Shown here piece by piece: positions 19,801 through 28,274 of a stretch of DNA of 45,102 bases (position 1 is the first letter of the stretch; the number at the start of each line of letters is the position of its first letter). The notes under the pieces were generated by a model. The model was not told the origin of the DNA and did not search any database. It saw only the letters and a program-made list of their open reading frames with translations. A program made the translations under genes and the position numbers. Location of the stretch: positions 1 through 45,102 of the forward strand of contig JBGAOA010000038.1 in NCBI GenBank assembly GCA_044222065.1, read 5' to 3'. The stretch is from Candidatus Eiseniibacteriota bacterium. GTDB lineage: Bacteria; Eisenbacteria; RBG-16-71-46.

Positions 19801-21084
19801 ACGCTGTTCGACCGCACCGGTGGGGGCGGGCGTTTCCACGGCGGCATCGCGCCCTCCCTGCTCGCGGCCAAGATCGCGACCGGCATCACGCCGGGCGTGC
19901 GCGAGAACAACCAGAAGTACCAGGTGATGGGCGACGCGGCGCTCGGCATGAACCTGCCGAAGTACTGGGCCGACGTGCAGCTGTTCGACTGCGCGACCTG
20001 CACGACGCCGCTCACCGAGATCCGGCGCGGTCGGACGGTCACGGTGCGCGGTCGCGTGCTCGACCGCCCCGGCGGTTCGCCGCTGGCGCTGAACGGGATC
20101 GCCGACCTGCTCGTCGAGGATTCGCCGCCCTACGAACGCACGTCGGGCTGCGTCTCGATCTTCTGCGACGAGGGCTACTTCTACACCGCCGGCGCGATCT
20201 TCCGCGGCGACGTGCGGGTGCAGAACGGCGAGTTCACGACGCAGTTCATCGTGCCGCTCGAGGCCGCGGGCGGCGCGTACGCCCGGGCGCGCGCCTACGT
20301 GCAGGGCCGCGTGAGCGGCGATGCGGTGGACAGCGACGGCACGGGTTCGGCGCGGCTGCAGCTCTCGGCCGGGACGCCGTCCACTTCGGACAACACCGGG
20401 CCCGAGATCACGCTGTCGTTCACGGGCGGCGCGACCGCCGTGAAGAAGGACGCGACGCTCCGCATCGACCTGTTCGACGAGAGCGGCATCCTGATCACCG
20501 ACCACAATCCGCAGAACGGCATCATCGTGACGATCGACGGGAACACGACGTCGCGCGTGGACGTGACGTCCACGTTCCGCTACGCCGCGGGCTCGTACCA
20601 GTCGGGCTCCGCGACGTTCGCGCTCCCGAACCTGTCGCTCGGTCCGCACACAGTTCAGGTGTGCGCCGCCGACAATTTCGCCGCCGGTCTGTCGGCGACC
20701 GCGCATCGCGCGTGCGCGACGCTGTCGTTCACGGTCGCCGAGACGCCGCCGCTCCAGCTCGTGTCCGCCTATCTGTTCCCGAATCCCGCGCGATCGAGCG
20801 GCGGAGCGTCGGGCGGGCAGTTCGTCGTGGACGCCCGCGGCGACAGCGTGAACGCGCTCCTCCGGATCTACACGTCCTCCGGCCGCCTCATCCGCACGCT
20901 CCGCCAGTTCGGCGGCGTCGGGCAGATCCAGATCCCGTGGGACGGCCGGGACGCCGAAGGGGACGCGCTCGCGAACGGCGTGTACTTCTTCCGCGTCCAG
21001 CTCAACGCCCGCGACGAGGAGGGGAACAGCAGCGCCCTGCAGAAGGCGACGGCCGACGGCCGGTTCGTGATCGTGAATCCGTGA
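16804..21084 (+). CDS. porU: PorU-like C25 (gingipain-family) cysteine peptidase/sortase with propeptide-like N-terminus and C-terminal FlgD-Ig/CTD (1426 aa)
   Basis: Signal peptide MLRLLRRTT...ARGAAA. PorU-type segments WIKLAISQAGFYRV, NPYE-like DPYETKNYYYL, FDQFSGGRVDPLAIRNFLR, LLGDASYD and VMLIADD. Catalytic His in FNFIGHG (19549) and Cys in AASCDVGKF (19651). DNTGPEITL...LFDESGI. CTD YLFPNP...WDGRDAEGDALANGVYFFRV. Directly followed by a porV homologue. Confidence 0.85.
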   Translation: MLRLLRRTTLVAAVSALAPLFARGAAADDVTLLPGGAGRVRFAIQSGALALTPVGADGLVQPNVPGCMLDGAAGGPALPMRTVTIAVPPEGDVSVTATALDPESRDGVDVAPTAAHAPQLPGGFAFPRRADLFRGAPPAAPRATIVGVSWLRNQRIAQIAVRVADWDPASRRLTKWNRIEVDVEVSGRAATAFASSPAELADPFETIYRESLLNYEQGRSWRRSAASLAGARASRASSGGARTLALPPDSSVFAGRTWIKLAISQAGFYRVNFGQIRNLSLFGGDTTVAIDSLRLFTMPGVPVLPEHNYCDTCDYREVAFRVKDNGDGKLNRNTDEIEFYALGVNDWANVFDPDQPDTLYINDPYETKNYYYLTVSTAQSPVRGPFRRVPAVAATVDSSGAEISPVTFVERQHYEQDVEYLPDLSPKVDTRFTMPWQKFFWRSIGTGQQLTVPLNTPGMDVTQPTSVRAHVWGVGIVDACEPDLYHRLTVNVSGNLHADSLLVQPFALEAPDPFLDFTDVLPATGNSVQILVNSDPACTPRVDRVAIAWVEVRYPRRFEPVTNELTFESPAAGGNYIYHLGPFASSTPPQIFDVTRPDSVVELLAPGEYRQDASGDWYLRFETNESGRRRYRVLQSAGIATLPDAQIGEAAATSLSNLRSTSRSAQYLLLYYDGFQQAAEELRLLRTRRLPLDGASAPFDAQKIPISAVFDQFSGGRVDPLAIRNFLRSVFYNWRANGAPPAFVTLLGDASYDFKNILGRAPSGQPGAPMPSFEDGWSINRAFATDDVLLNVDNPDVIVPDFFGGRIPVSSATSALEYVRNKVVRYEEAAPLGAYRNRVMLIADDNLQGAAEDGLHWAHVGQTSEIDTTRVPRELDRDYVYLHKYPTEAGFTKPTAKAAIKANVNRGVAAFNFIGHGSPFQLADERVLLDVDAGTFENDDRLPLFVAASCDVGKFNDPVVPSLGERTLLAASGGAVAVISATELAFSTYNVDLATQFYRTLFDRTGGGGRFHGGIAPSLLAAKIATGITPGVRENNQKYQVMGDAALGMNLPKYWADVQLFDCATCTTPLTEIRRGRTVTVRGRVLDRPGGSPLALNGIADLLVEDSPPYERTSGCVSIFCDEGYFYTAGAIFRGDVRVQNGEFTTQFIVPLEAAGGAYARARAYVQGRVSGDAVDSDGTGSARLQLSAGTPSTSDNTGPEITLSFTGGATAVKKDATLRIDLFDESGILITDHNPQNGIIVTIDGNTTSRVDVTSTFRYAAGSYQSGSATFALPNLSLGPHTVQVCAADNFAAGLSATAHRACATLSFTVAETPPLQLVSAYLFPNPARSSGGASGGQFVVDARGDSVNALLRIYTSSGRLIRTLRQFGGVGQIQIPWDGRDAEGDALANGVYFFRVQLNARDEEGNSSALQKATADGRFVIVNP

Positions 21085-21185
21085 CCCCGGGGCGGGAAAT
21101 TTCGGGGAGAATCCCGGGAACCTCCGGTGTAGTATGCGGGCCGAAACTCGCCCGGTGGCTTCATGTTCTCTTGGAGGAGCAGCGC

Positions 21186-22133
21186 GTGAAATCCTTGCAT
21201 ACCTTTGCGTTGGTGGCGGCCGCACTGCTCGTCGCGGGCGCCGCGTTCGCCCAGGGCACCGGGCGCTCGCTCGACATCCAGCCGGGTGGCCGCCAGAACG
21301 GCCTCGGCGCTGCGGGCGTGGCCCTGACGGGCGATCCGACTGCCGCGACGTGGTGGAACGCCGCCGGCCTGGGGTTCATCGAGCGCGGCGGCCTGGACCT
21401 CACGTACGCCCAGCTCGTCCCCGGACTCGCCGACGACGTCAGCTACAACTACCTCGGCTACTGCCAGCCGGTCGAAGGGTGGGGCGCGTTCGGCCTCGGC
21501 ATCGTGTTCCTGAACTACGGCACGACCGAGGGCTTCGACTCGGGCGGCAATTCGACGGGCACGTTCAGCTCCTACGAGTTCTCGCCGGCGTTCTACTACG
21601 GCACCCGCGTGCTGTCGGACCTGTCCGTCGGCGCGTCGCTCAAGTACGTGCGCATCCAGCTCGCGCCCGAGAGCCAGCGTGGCAACGGCTCGACGTTCGG
21701 CCTCGACCTCGGCGCGCTCTATCGCATCCCGGCGGCGAAGCTCAACCTCGGGCTCAACGTGCAGAACCTCGGCCCGAGCGTCACGTTCATCAACGAGGAC
21801 GACGCGAGCCCGCTGTCGCGCAACATCAAGGTCGGCGCGGCGTGGGAGGCCTATCACGCCGGCCAGTTCGGCATGACGCTCGTCGGCGACTACAACCAGT
21901 CGCTCGTGACGAACGACTTCCGCACGTACAACGGCGGCGTCGAACTCAAGGTCGCGGATCAGATCGCGGGACGCCTCGGCTACTACTCCGATCCGCTCGG
22001 CGACATCAAGGACCTCACGTTCGGGCTCGGCATCTCGTGGAAGAGCCTGACGCTCGACTACGGCAGCATTCCCCAGGCGCGCAACTCCGGGCTCGACAAC
22101 GTCCAGAAGATCACGCTCGGCTATCGCTTCTAA
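21186..22133 (+). CDS. porV: PorV/PorQ-family (FadL-like) outer-membrane beta-barrel (315 aa)
   Basis: GTG start with GGAGG RBS; signal peptide. SLDIQPGGRQNGLGAAGVAL...ATWWNAAGL; LVPGLADDVSYNYL; GLNVQNLGP; C-terminal beta-signal ITLGYRF. porU-porV adjacency is as in Bacteroidota. Confidence 0.85.
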   Translation: MKSLHTFALVAAALLVAGAAFAQGTGRSLDIQPGGRQNGLGAAGVALTGDPTAATWWNAAGLGFIERGGLDLTYAQLVPGLADDVSYNYLGYCQPVEGWGAFGLGIVFLNYGTTEGFDSGGNSTGTFSSYEFSPAFYYGTRVLSDLSVGASLKYVRIQLAPESQRGNGSTFGLDLGALYRIPAAKLNLGLNVQNLGPSVTFINEDDASPLSRNIKVGAAWEAYHAGQFGMTLVGDYNQSLVTNDFRTYNGGVELKVADQIAGRLGYYSDPLGDIKDLTFGLGISWKSLTLDYGSIPQARNSGLDNVQKITLGYRF

Positions 22134-22164
22134 TTCCGCGTCTCTCCAACCTCCCGGATCGCCC

Positions 22165-25100
22165 TTGGGCGCTCGAGTCGTTCGACTGTTGCTGTTGCTG
22201 ACGCTGGCGGGCATCGCGTGCGACGCGCACGCGGCGCCCGCTTTGCGCGTTCGACGGCTGCCCGGCACGCCGTCGAACCCGGGCGGCCTGCCGCCCGAGT
22301 ACCGCGCCGAGGCCGAGGCGCGCATCCGCCAGTGGCGCTCGTTCGACGACGTGATCGTCGGGCCCGGCGCGCGCTGGACGCACTCCGATCCCCGCCGCAC
22401 CGGCGCTCAGTCCCCGTTCGCCGCGGGGAAGGACCTGAAGAGCGGCGCGCCGGTGACGAACGCTCCGATCAAGACGAAGCGCGTCGCGTTCATCCGCATC
22501 GACTTCCTCGCCGACCGCGGCGGCCCGAACACCTCGGGCGACGGCCGCTTCGATCTGTCGGGTCCGGACACGCTCGCGCCGCCGATCGACCGCGCGCCGC
22601 ACAATCGCGACTTCTACCTCGCGCACCTCGAGGCGCTGAAGCGCTACTACGCGACGCAGACGTACGGGCAGGTCGCGATCGAGGGCGACGTGTGGCCGCG
22701 CAGCCCGAACGGCGCGTACTCGGTGAGCGACCTCGCCGACTTCGGGCCGTGGCGCTTCAGCACCGACATCTACGGCGCGGCGGTGCACATGTTCCGCACC
22801 ATGATCCTCGCCGCCGACTCGCAATCGGTCGTGCTCGGTGACCGCATTCCGTGGGACCAGTACGGATACATCGTGCTGATCCACGCCGGCAGCGACTTCC
22901 AGAGCGACGTGCGCCAGGACAGCCCGCAGGACATCCCGTCGTTCACGATCGGCGTCCCCGACACCGACGCGGTCGTCGTGCGCAACGTGTCCGCGCCCGG
23001 GGACTCGTTCGTCATCGACCGCGCGTCGCTCGTGCCCGAGACGATCAACCAGGACGAGCGCTTCGGCGCGATCAACGGCGTGCTCGCGCACGAGTGCGGC
23101 CACCTGTTCTTCGGCTTCGCCGACATCTACGACGTGAACTCGGGCCTGCCGACCGTGGGGTTCTGGTCGCTCATGGACACGGGGAACAACCTCGGCATCC
23201 CGGTGCAGCCCGCCTACGGCCCAGAGATCTACGCGACCGGCATCGTGCCGCCCGCGATCGATCCGCTGCAGCGCTATTTCGCGTGCCCGAACCTCGCGCT
23301 CACCGAAGTGTCGTTCGGAGACACCGTGAACGTGACGGACGTCGAGCGCCACGGCGACATCCTGCGCGTGCGGATGTCGAGCGACGAGGACCTGCTGATC
23401 GAGAACCGCTACGTGCCGCCGGCGAGCGTGATCGAGCTCGACCAGGATCCGGTGACGCGCGTCGTGCTCGGTCCCAGGGCGCCCGAGACCTGGAACTACG
23501 ACGCGCTGCTGCCCGGCGGCGGCGTGCTCGTGTGGCACGTGGACTCGAGCGTGATCCCGTTCACGAACTCGCTGCGCACGAACCCCGACTTCGGCTTCAA
23601 CAGCGATCCCTTCCGCCAGGGCCTCAGCGTCATCGAGGCCGACGCGCTCGACGACCTCGGCGACTTCAACTCGCCCTACTGGCTCGCGAGCTATCGCGAT
23701 CCCTGGTACGCGGGCAACGCGACCGTGCTGAGCGACACGACGCGTCCGAAGCTCGTCACGCACGCGGGCACGAAGCCGCACGTGCGCCTCGAGGTGTTCG
23801 GCGCGCCCGACACGACGATGCGCCTCTACGCGACGCGCACGTGGCTGCTGCCGGGCTTCCCGCTGCTGTCGAGCTTCCCGAGCGCGGGCCCGCAGCTGCT
23901 CGCGATCGACGCCGACGGCGACGGAAAGCGCGAGGTGTGCTGGGCGGGCGGCGATCCGCTCGTCGGCGACACGCTGTCGTTGTTCGCGGTGCGTGCGAGC
24001 GGCGCGGGACTCGCGGGGCCCGATCCCGTGTTCGCCACGCTCGACGCGGTGCCCTTCGGCCAGATGGCGGCGATCGCGACGGGCAATCCCGCGACCGGCC
24101 TCGGCCCCTCGCTGTTCGCGGTCTCCACGATTCCGACCGGCCCGACGCTCGCGAGCGACGGCGGCCGCGTGTGGTTGTTCGATCACACGGGCGCGACGTC
24201 CGGCGCGTGGCCGGCCGCGCTGCCCTCGATCGTCACGACGCCGCCGGTGCTCGCCGGCGCGTACCCGAACGCGAACGTGATCGTCGGCTGCGCGGACGGG
24301 CGCGTGTACGCGCTCAACCTGGACGGCTCGATCCGCGCGACGAGCGCGGTCGCGCTCGCGGGCGGCGTGCGCGGCAAGCTCGCGGTGACGCAGGCGCCCG
24401 GAGTGCCGGGCACCGACGGCCTCGCCGCGTCGGGCTGGGCGATCGCCGCGGGCGGAGGCGCGGGCGACGTCGGCGTGTTCCTGCTCGCCGTGCCCGGCGC
24501 CGGACCGGACGCGATGCCGGCCGCGAACGGCTGGCCGCGCACGATGCTCGCGACGGCGTCGTTCGATCCGGACTTCCTGTGGCTCGACTTCGACGGTGCC
24601 GGCAGTGCGAACCCCACGGGCTGCGGCTCGGGCGCGCCCGAGCTCGTCGTGCACCACGCCGACCTGCTGTGGGGCTTCTGCCTCACGGGCACCCCGCTCG
24701 CGGGCTTCGGACACGACGTCGGCGACACGCTCATCGCCTCGCTCGGCGCGGGCGATCCCGACGGCGACGGCTACCCCGAGGTGCTCACGCAGAACCGTCT
24801 CGCGCAGGTCGCGTTCGTGAACGCGAGCGGCTATCCGTCGCCCGGATGGCCGCGCGCGCTCTCGACCGAGGGCATCCTCGCCGAGAAGCCGGAGCTGACG
24901 TTCCCCGACACCGCGCGTTCGTTCCCGACCTCGAGCGCGCCGCTCGCCGTGGATCCCGTCGGCGACGGGCGCACGCGCGTCGTCGCGCTGACGGCGACCG
25001 GCGTGCTCGCGGCGCTCGACGGCGCGGGCCGCGTGCCCGAAGGCTGGCCGCTCGCGACCGGCTCGGGCGCGCTCGGCACGCCCGTCGTCTCGGACCTCGA

Positions 25101-25560
25101 CGGCGACGGCCACGCCGAACTCGTCGCGCCCGACCGGCTCGGCCTGCTGTGGGCCTACACGCTGCCCGGCGCGGCCGCCGATCCGCTCGTGAATCCGTGG
25201 CCGATGCTCGGCGGCGACCCGGGGCGCACGTTCGCGCTCGCGCGCGCGCGCACGTCGACGCCCGCGCCGTACGCGAAGGGGCCGCTCGTCTCGGGCTCGC
25301 TCAAGGCGTTCCCGAATCCCGCGCGCCAGAAGCCCGTGTCGCTCGCGTTCCAGCTCACCGAACCCGCCGACGTCGAGATCCGCATCCTCGACACGTCCGG
25401 GCACGAGGTCGCGCGGCTGCACCACGACGGCCAGCCGAGCGACAACCGCGTGATCTGGGATCCGGGCGGCGCGCCGGCGGGGCTCTACCTCGCGCGCGTG
25501 CGCATCCGCGGCAACGGCAGCGAGCGCACCGAGACGCTCAACGTGGGAGTGATCAAGTGA
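22165..25560 (+). CDS. Secreted M6 (immune inhibitor A-like) metallopeptidase with FG-GAP repeats and a T9SS-type CTD (1131 aa)
   Basis: IRIDF, VLIHAGSD, zinc motif AHECGHLFFGFADIY (23089), WSLMDTG, IENR and VLVWHVD. DADGDG/DPDGDG/DLDGDG repeats. C-terminal AFPNPA...IRILDTSGHEVARL...WDPGGAPAGLYLARV. Confidence 0.8.
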   Translation: MGARVVRLLLLLTLAGIACDAHAAPALRVRRLPGTPSNPGGLPPEYRAEAEARIRQWRSFDDVIVGPGARWTHSDPRRTGAQSPFAAGKDLKSGAPVTNAPIKTKRVAFIRIDFLADRGGPNTSGDGRFDLSGPDTLAPPIDRAPHNRDFYLAHLEALKRYYATQTYGQVAIEGDVWPRSPNGAYSVSDLADFGPWRFSTDIYGAAVHMFRTMILAADSQSVVLGDRIPWDQYGYIVLIHAGSDFQSDVRQDSPQDIPSFTIGVPDTDAVVVRNVSAPGDSFVIDRASLVPETINQDERFGAINGVLAHECGHLFFGFADIYDVNSGLPTVGFWSLMDTGNNLGIPVQPAYGPEIYATGIVPPAIDPLQRYFACPNLALTEVSFGDTVNVTDVERHGDILRVRMSSDEDLLIENRYVPPASVIELDQDPVTRVVLGPRAPETWNYDALLPGGGVLVWHVDSSVIPFTNSLRTNPDFGFNSDPFRQGLSVIEADALDDLGDFNSPYWLASYRDPWYAGNATVLSDTTRPKLVTHAGTKPHVRLEVFGAPDTTMRLYATRTWLLPGFPLLSSFPSAGPQLLAIDADGDGKREVCWAGGDPLVGDTLSLFAVRASGAGLAGPDPVFATLDAVPFGQMAAIATGNPATGLGPSLFAVSTIPTGPTLASDGGRVWLFDHTGATSGAWPAALPSIVTTPPVLAGAYPNANVIVGCADGRVYALNLDGSIRATSAVALAGGVRGKLAVTQAPGVPGTDGLAASGWAIAAGGGAGDVGVFLLAVPGAGPDAMPAANGWPRTMLATASFDPDFLWLDFDGAGSANPTGCGSGAPELVVHHADLLWGFCLTGTPLAGFGHDVGDTLIASLGAGDPDGDGYPEVLTQNRLAQVAFVNASGYPSPGWPRALSTEGILAEKPELTFPDTARSFPTSSAPLAVDPVGDGRTRVVALTATGVLAALDGAGRVPEGWPLATGSGALGTPVVSDLDGDGHAELVAPDRLGLLWAYTLPGAAADPLVNPWPMLGGDPGRTFALARARTSTPAPYAKGPLVSGSLKAFPNPARQKPVSLAFQLTEPADVEIRILDTSGHEVARLHHDGQPSDNRVIWDPGGAPAGLYLARVRIRGNGSERTETLNVGVIK

Positions 25561-26333
25561 AGCGGCTCGCGCTCGCGTGCGCGGCGCTCGCGCTCGCCGC
25601 GCTGCCGGCGTGGCGCGCCGAGGCGGCGCCATCTGCGTTCGCGCTGCCGCTCGTGCCGCCGTCCGAGGCGCCGGGCCTCGTCGTGCTGCAGCGCGCGATC
25701 ACGCGCGAGTGGGGGCCGTCGGACGACTCGACCTACGTCGAGGTGAACGTGCCCGGCGAGCGCTCGGAGGGCTGGGCGATGCTGCTGTCGGGCCTCGTGC
25801 CCGGTTCGGGCCAGCTCTACGCGGGCGAGTCGAGCGGCTGGCTGTTCGCCGCGATCGAAGCCGGCGGCTGGATCGCGAACGTGCTCTACGCGCGCCGGGC
25901 GGAAGACCGCCGCGACCAGGCGGAGGCGTTCGCGGGCGATCCCGAGCAGGCCGGGTCGAATTGGTCGTTCGCGCGCTGGGAGAGCGCGACCGGCGGCAGC
26001 GCGACCGACCTGCGCGCGCTCTACGTCGCCGACCGCAACGCGTTCTTCCAGCGGATCGGTTCCGATCCCTCGTTCGTCTACGGCTGGTCGGGCGTTCCGG
26101 GCAGCACGCAGCTCGACTACCGCGCGATCTACAGCCGCTTCGAGATGAACCACGACCGCGCCCGCATCGCGGCGCGCGCGCTGCTCGCGAACCACGTCCT
26201 CGCGGCGGTGGACGCGCTGCGCACGATGCGCGCTCACAACGCGCAGGCGCGGGCGGCGATCGGCATGGACGTGAACGGCGGCTGGCGCGACGGCGAGCCG
26301 CTCGTGCGCGTCGCGCTCGTGAGGACGTTCTGA
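25557..26333 (+). CDS. Exported hypothetical protein with DUF5683-like S-x-x-x-P-G-x-G-Q motif (258 aa)
   Basis: GTGA overlap with the upstream stop. Signal peptide VKRLALACAALALAALPAWRAEA; AMLLSGLVPGSGQLYAG; ends LVRVALVRTF. Confidence 0.7.
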   Translation: MKRLALACAALALAALPAWRAEAAPSAFALPLVPPSEAPGLVVLQRAITREWGPSDDSTYVEVNVPGERSEGWAMLLSGLVPGSGQLYAGESSGWLFAAIEAGGWIANVLYARRAEDRRDQAEAFAGDPEQAGSNWSFARWESATGGSATDLRALYVADRNAFFQRIGSDPSFVYGWSGVPGSTQLDYRAIYSRFEMNHDRARIAARALLANHVLAAVDALRTMRAHNAQARAAIGMDVNGGWRDGEPLVRVALVRTF

Positions 26334-27262
26334 TGCGCGCGCACCGTTTCGCACCGGCGATCGCGTTCGCGGCGCTCTGCGCGGCCGCGTCCGCCTTCGC
26401 GTCCGAGCCCGGCCGCTCGGCGTTCTCGCTCGCCGGCGAGGCGCGATTCGACGCCACCGCGCTCGAATCGGGTGCGCCGTCCGCGTCGTCGTCGGGCTTC
26501 GAAGCCGTCGAGGCGGGCGAGCCGCTCGCCCTCGGACTTCCGCTCTTCGGCCGCAAGTCCCGCGCGGCGGACAGCACGGCCGCGCCGGCAGAGCCTCGCA
26601 AGAAGGGTCGCCGCGCGCGGCCCGCGCGCAGCGGCCCGGCCCTGAGTCCCGAGCGCGCGCGCATCCTGCTCCAGTCGCTGACGGTGCCGGGGTGGGGGCA
26701 GGCGACGCTCCACCAGAACCGCGCGGCCGCCGTGTTCCTCACGCTCGAAGGCGGCACGTGGGGCAGCTACCTCGCGTTCCGCATCCAGGAGCGGCTGCGC
26801 CGCGACACGTACGTGCGCACGGCGCGCGACCTCGCGGGCATCGACCTCAAGGGCCACAGCGAGGAGTACCACCGCATGGTGGGCTCGTTCCTCTCGAGCG
26901 ACGAATACAACCTGTTCGTCGTGTACCGCGACGCGGCGAACCAGTTCTACGACCAGCCCGACGCCTACTGGGCCTACATCGCGGCGCACGAGCTCAAAGG
27001 CAGCGACACGTGGGCGTGGCCGGACGTGCCGAGCCTGCTGCGCTACCGCGCGCAGCGGAAGGACGCGCAGCGCGCCGCGCAGCGCGCCAACACGGCGCTC
27101 GCGTGCGCGATCGGCAACCGCCTCCTCAGCATGGTGCACGCCGCGCGCGCCGCGGGACGCGCGCCGGCCGAGGCGGGGAAGGCCTCGTGGCGCATCGAGG
27201 CGGCCCCCGCGCCGGGCGACGACGCGTCCGCGTTCCGATTCGCGCTCACCGCGAAGTTCTGA
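26333..27262 (+). CDS. Second exported DUF5683-like hypothetical protein, paralogue of the upstream gene (309 aa)
   Basis: TGATG overlap. Signal peptide MRAHRFAPAIAFAALCAAASAFA; LLQSLTVPGWGQ; ends FRFALTAKF. Confidence 0.7.
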   Translation: MRAHRFAPAIAFAALCAAASAFASEPGRSAFSLAGEARFDATALESGAPSASSSGFEAVEAGEPLALGLPLFGRKSRAADSTAAPAEPRKKGRRARPARSGPALSPERARILLQSLTVPGWGQATLHQNRAAAVFLTLEGGTWGSYLAFRIQERLRRDTYVRTARDLAGIDLKGHSEEYHRMVGSFLSSDEYNLFVVYRDAANQFYDQPDAYWAYIAAHELKGSDTWAWPDVPSLLRYRAQRKDAQRAAQRANTALACAIGNRLLSMVHAARAAGRAPAEAGKASWRIEAAPAPGDDASAFRFALTAKF

Positions 27263-27269
27263 GGCGCTG

Positions 27270-28271
27270 ATGCGGCGCGCGCTCGTCCGGGCCGTCCTCG
27301 CCGCGAGCGGGACGCTCGCGGCCGCGGCGGCGTTCGCGACTCCCGAGTCCGCCGCGCCCGATTCGACCGCGTCCGCCGCCGTGCGCGCCGCGGCGCCGCT
27401 CGCGGCCGACTCGCTCGCGGCGCGCGCGTTCGCGGAGACGCTCGAAGTGCGCCGCGTGCTCGTCACGGCGGGCGAAGGCCCCGGCCACGTGCGCCGGCCG
27501 TCGGGCGTGGCGGTGGACGCGTTCGGACGGCTGTGGACGACCGACGAGGCCGAGCACCGCCTGCAGCGCTTCGATGCCGAAGGGCGCGCGATCGCCGAGG
27601 CCGGGGCACTCGGGAGCGATCCCGGCCAGCTGCGGCGCCCGGTCGGCGTCGCGCTGCACGGCAGCGCCGGACTCGCCGTGCTCGATCTTGAGAACCGCCG
27701 CATCGTGGCCTACGACCTGTTCGCGCGCCGCAGCGGCGACCTCGTGGACTTCGCCGCGCTCGAGCCGCGACGACCCGCTCGGCCGCATCGAGCCGAACGC
27801 GTTCGCCGCGGACCGCGGCGGGGCGCTGTACGTCGTGGACCCGGACCGCGACCGCATCGTGATCGTCTGCCGGCGCGGCGACGGGCACGCTCGGCGGATC
27901 TGCACGCGGCCCGGCGCGTTCCGCGGGCTCGCGGGTCTCGCGATCGGCGCGCGGCGAGATCGTCGCGGCCGAGCGCGGGAACGCGCGCGTGCAGGTGCTC
28001 GATGCGGGCGGTGGCCGCGTGTTGCGCGCGTGGCCGCTCGACGTGCGGCCTGGGCGCGAGTCGCTCGCGGTCGCGACCGACGCCGGCGGACGCGTCGCCG
28101 CCGACGAGGCGGCCGGCGCCGTGTGGCTGTTCGCCGCGGACGGCGCGCCGATCGCGGTCGCGCGCGGGCTCGACGGCCCCGCGGCGCTCGCGTTCGCGCG
28201 CTCCGGCGGCCTGATCGTGTGCGAGCGACGCGGCGGACGCATCGTGGAGCTCGCGGCCCGACGCGCGCTGA
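27270..28271 (+). CDS. Exported NHL-repeat (beta-propeller) protein, interrupted by at least 3 frameshifts (probable sequencing indels, or a pseudogene)
   Basis: NHL repeats RPSGVAVDAFGRLWTTD and GQLRRPVGVAL in the 27270 frame; IEPNAFAADRGGALYVVD in the next frame from ~27766; EIVAAERGNARVQVLD and LDGPAALAFARSGGLIVCE in the third frame from ~27955. TGA 28269-28271 is back in the start frame. Confidence 0.7.
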
Positions 28272-28274
28272 GCC

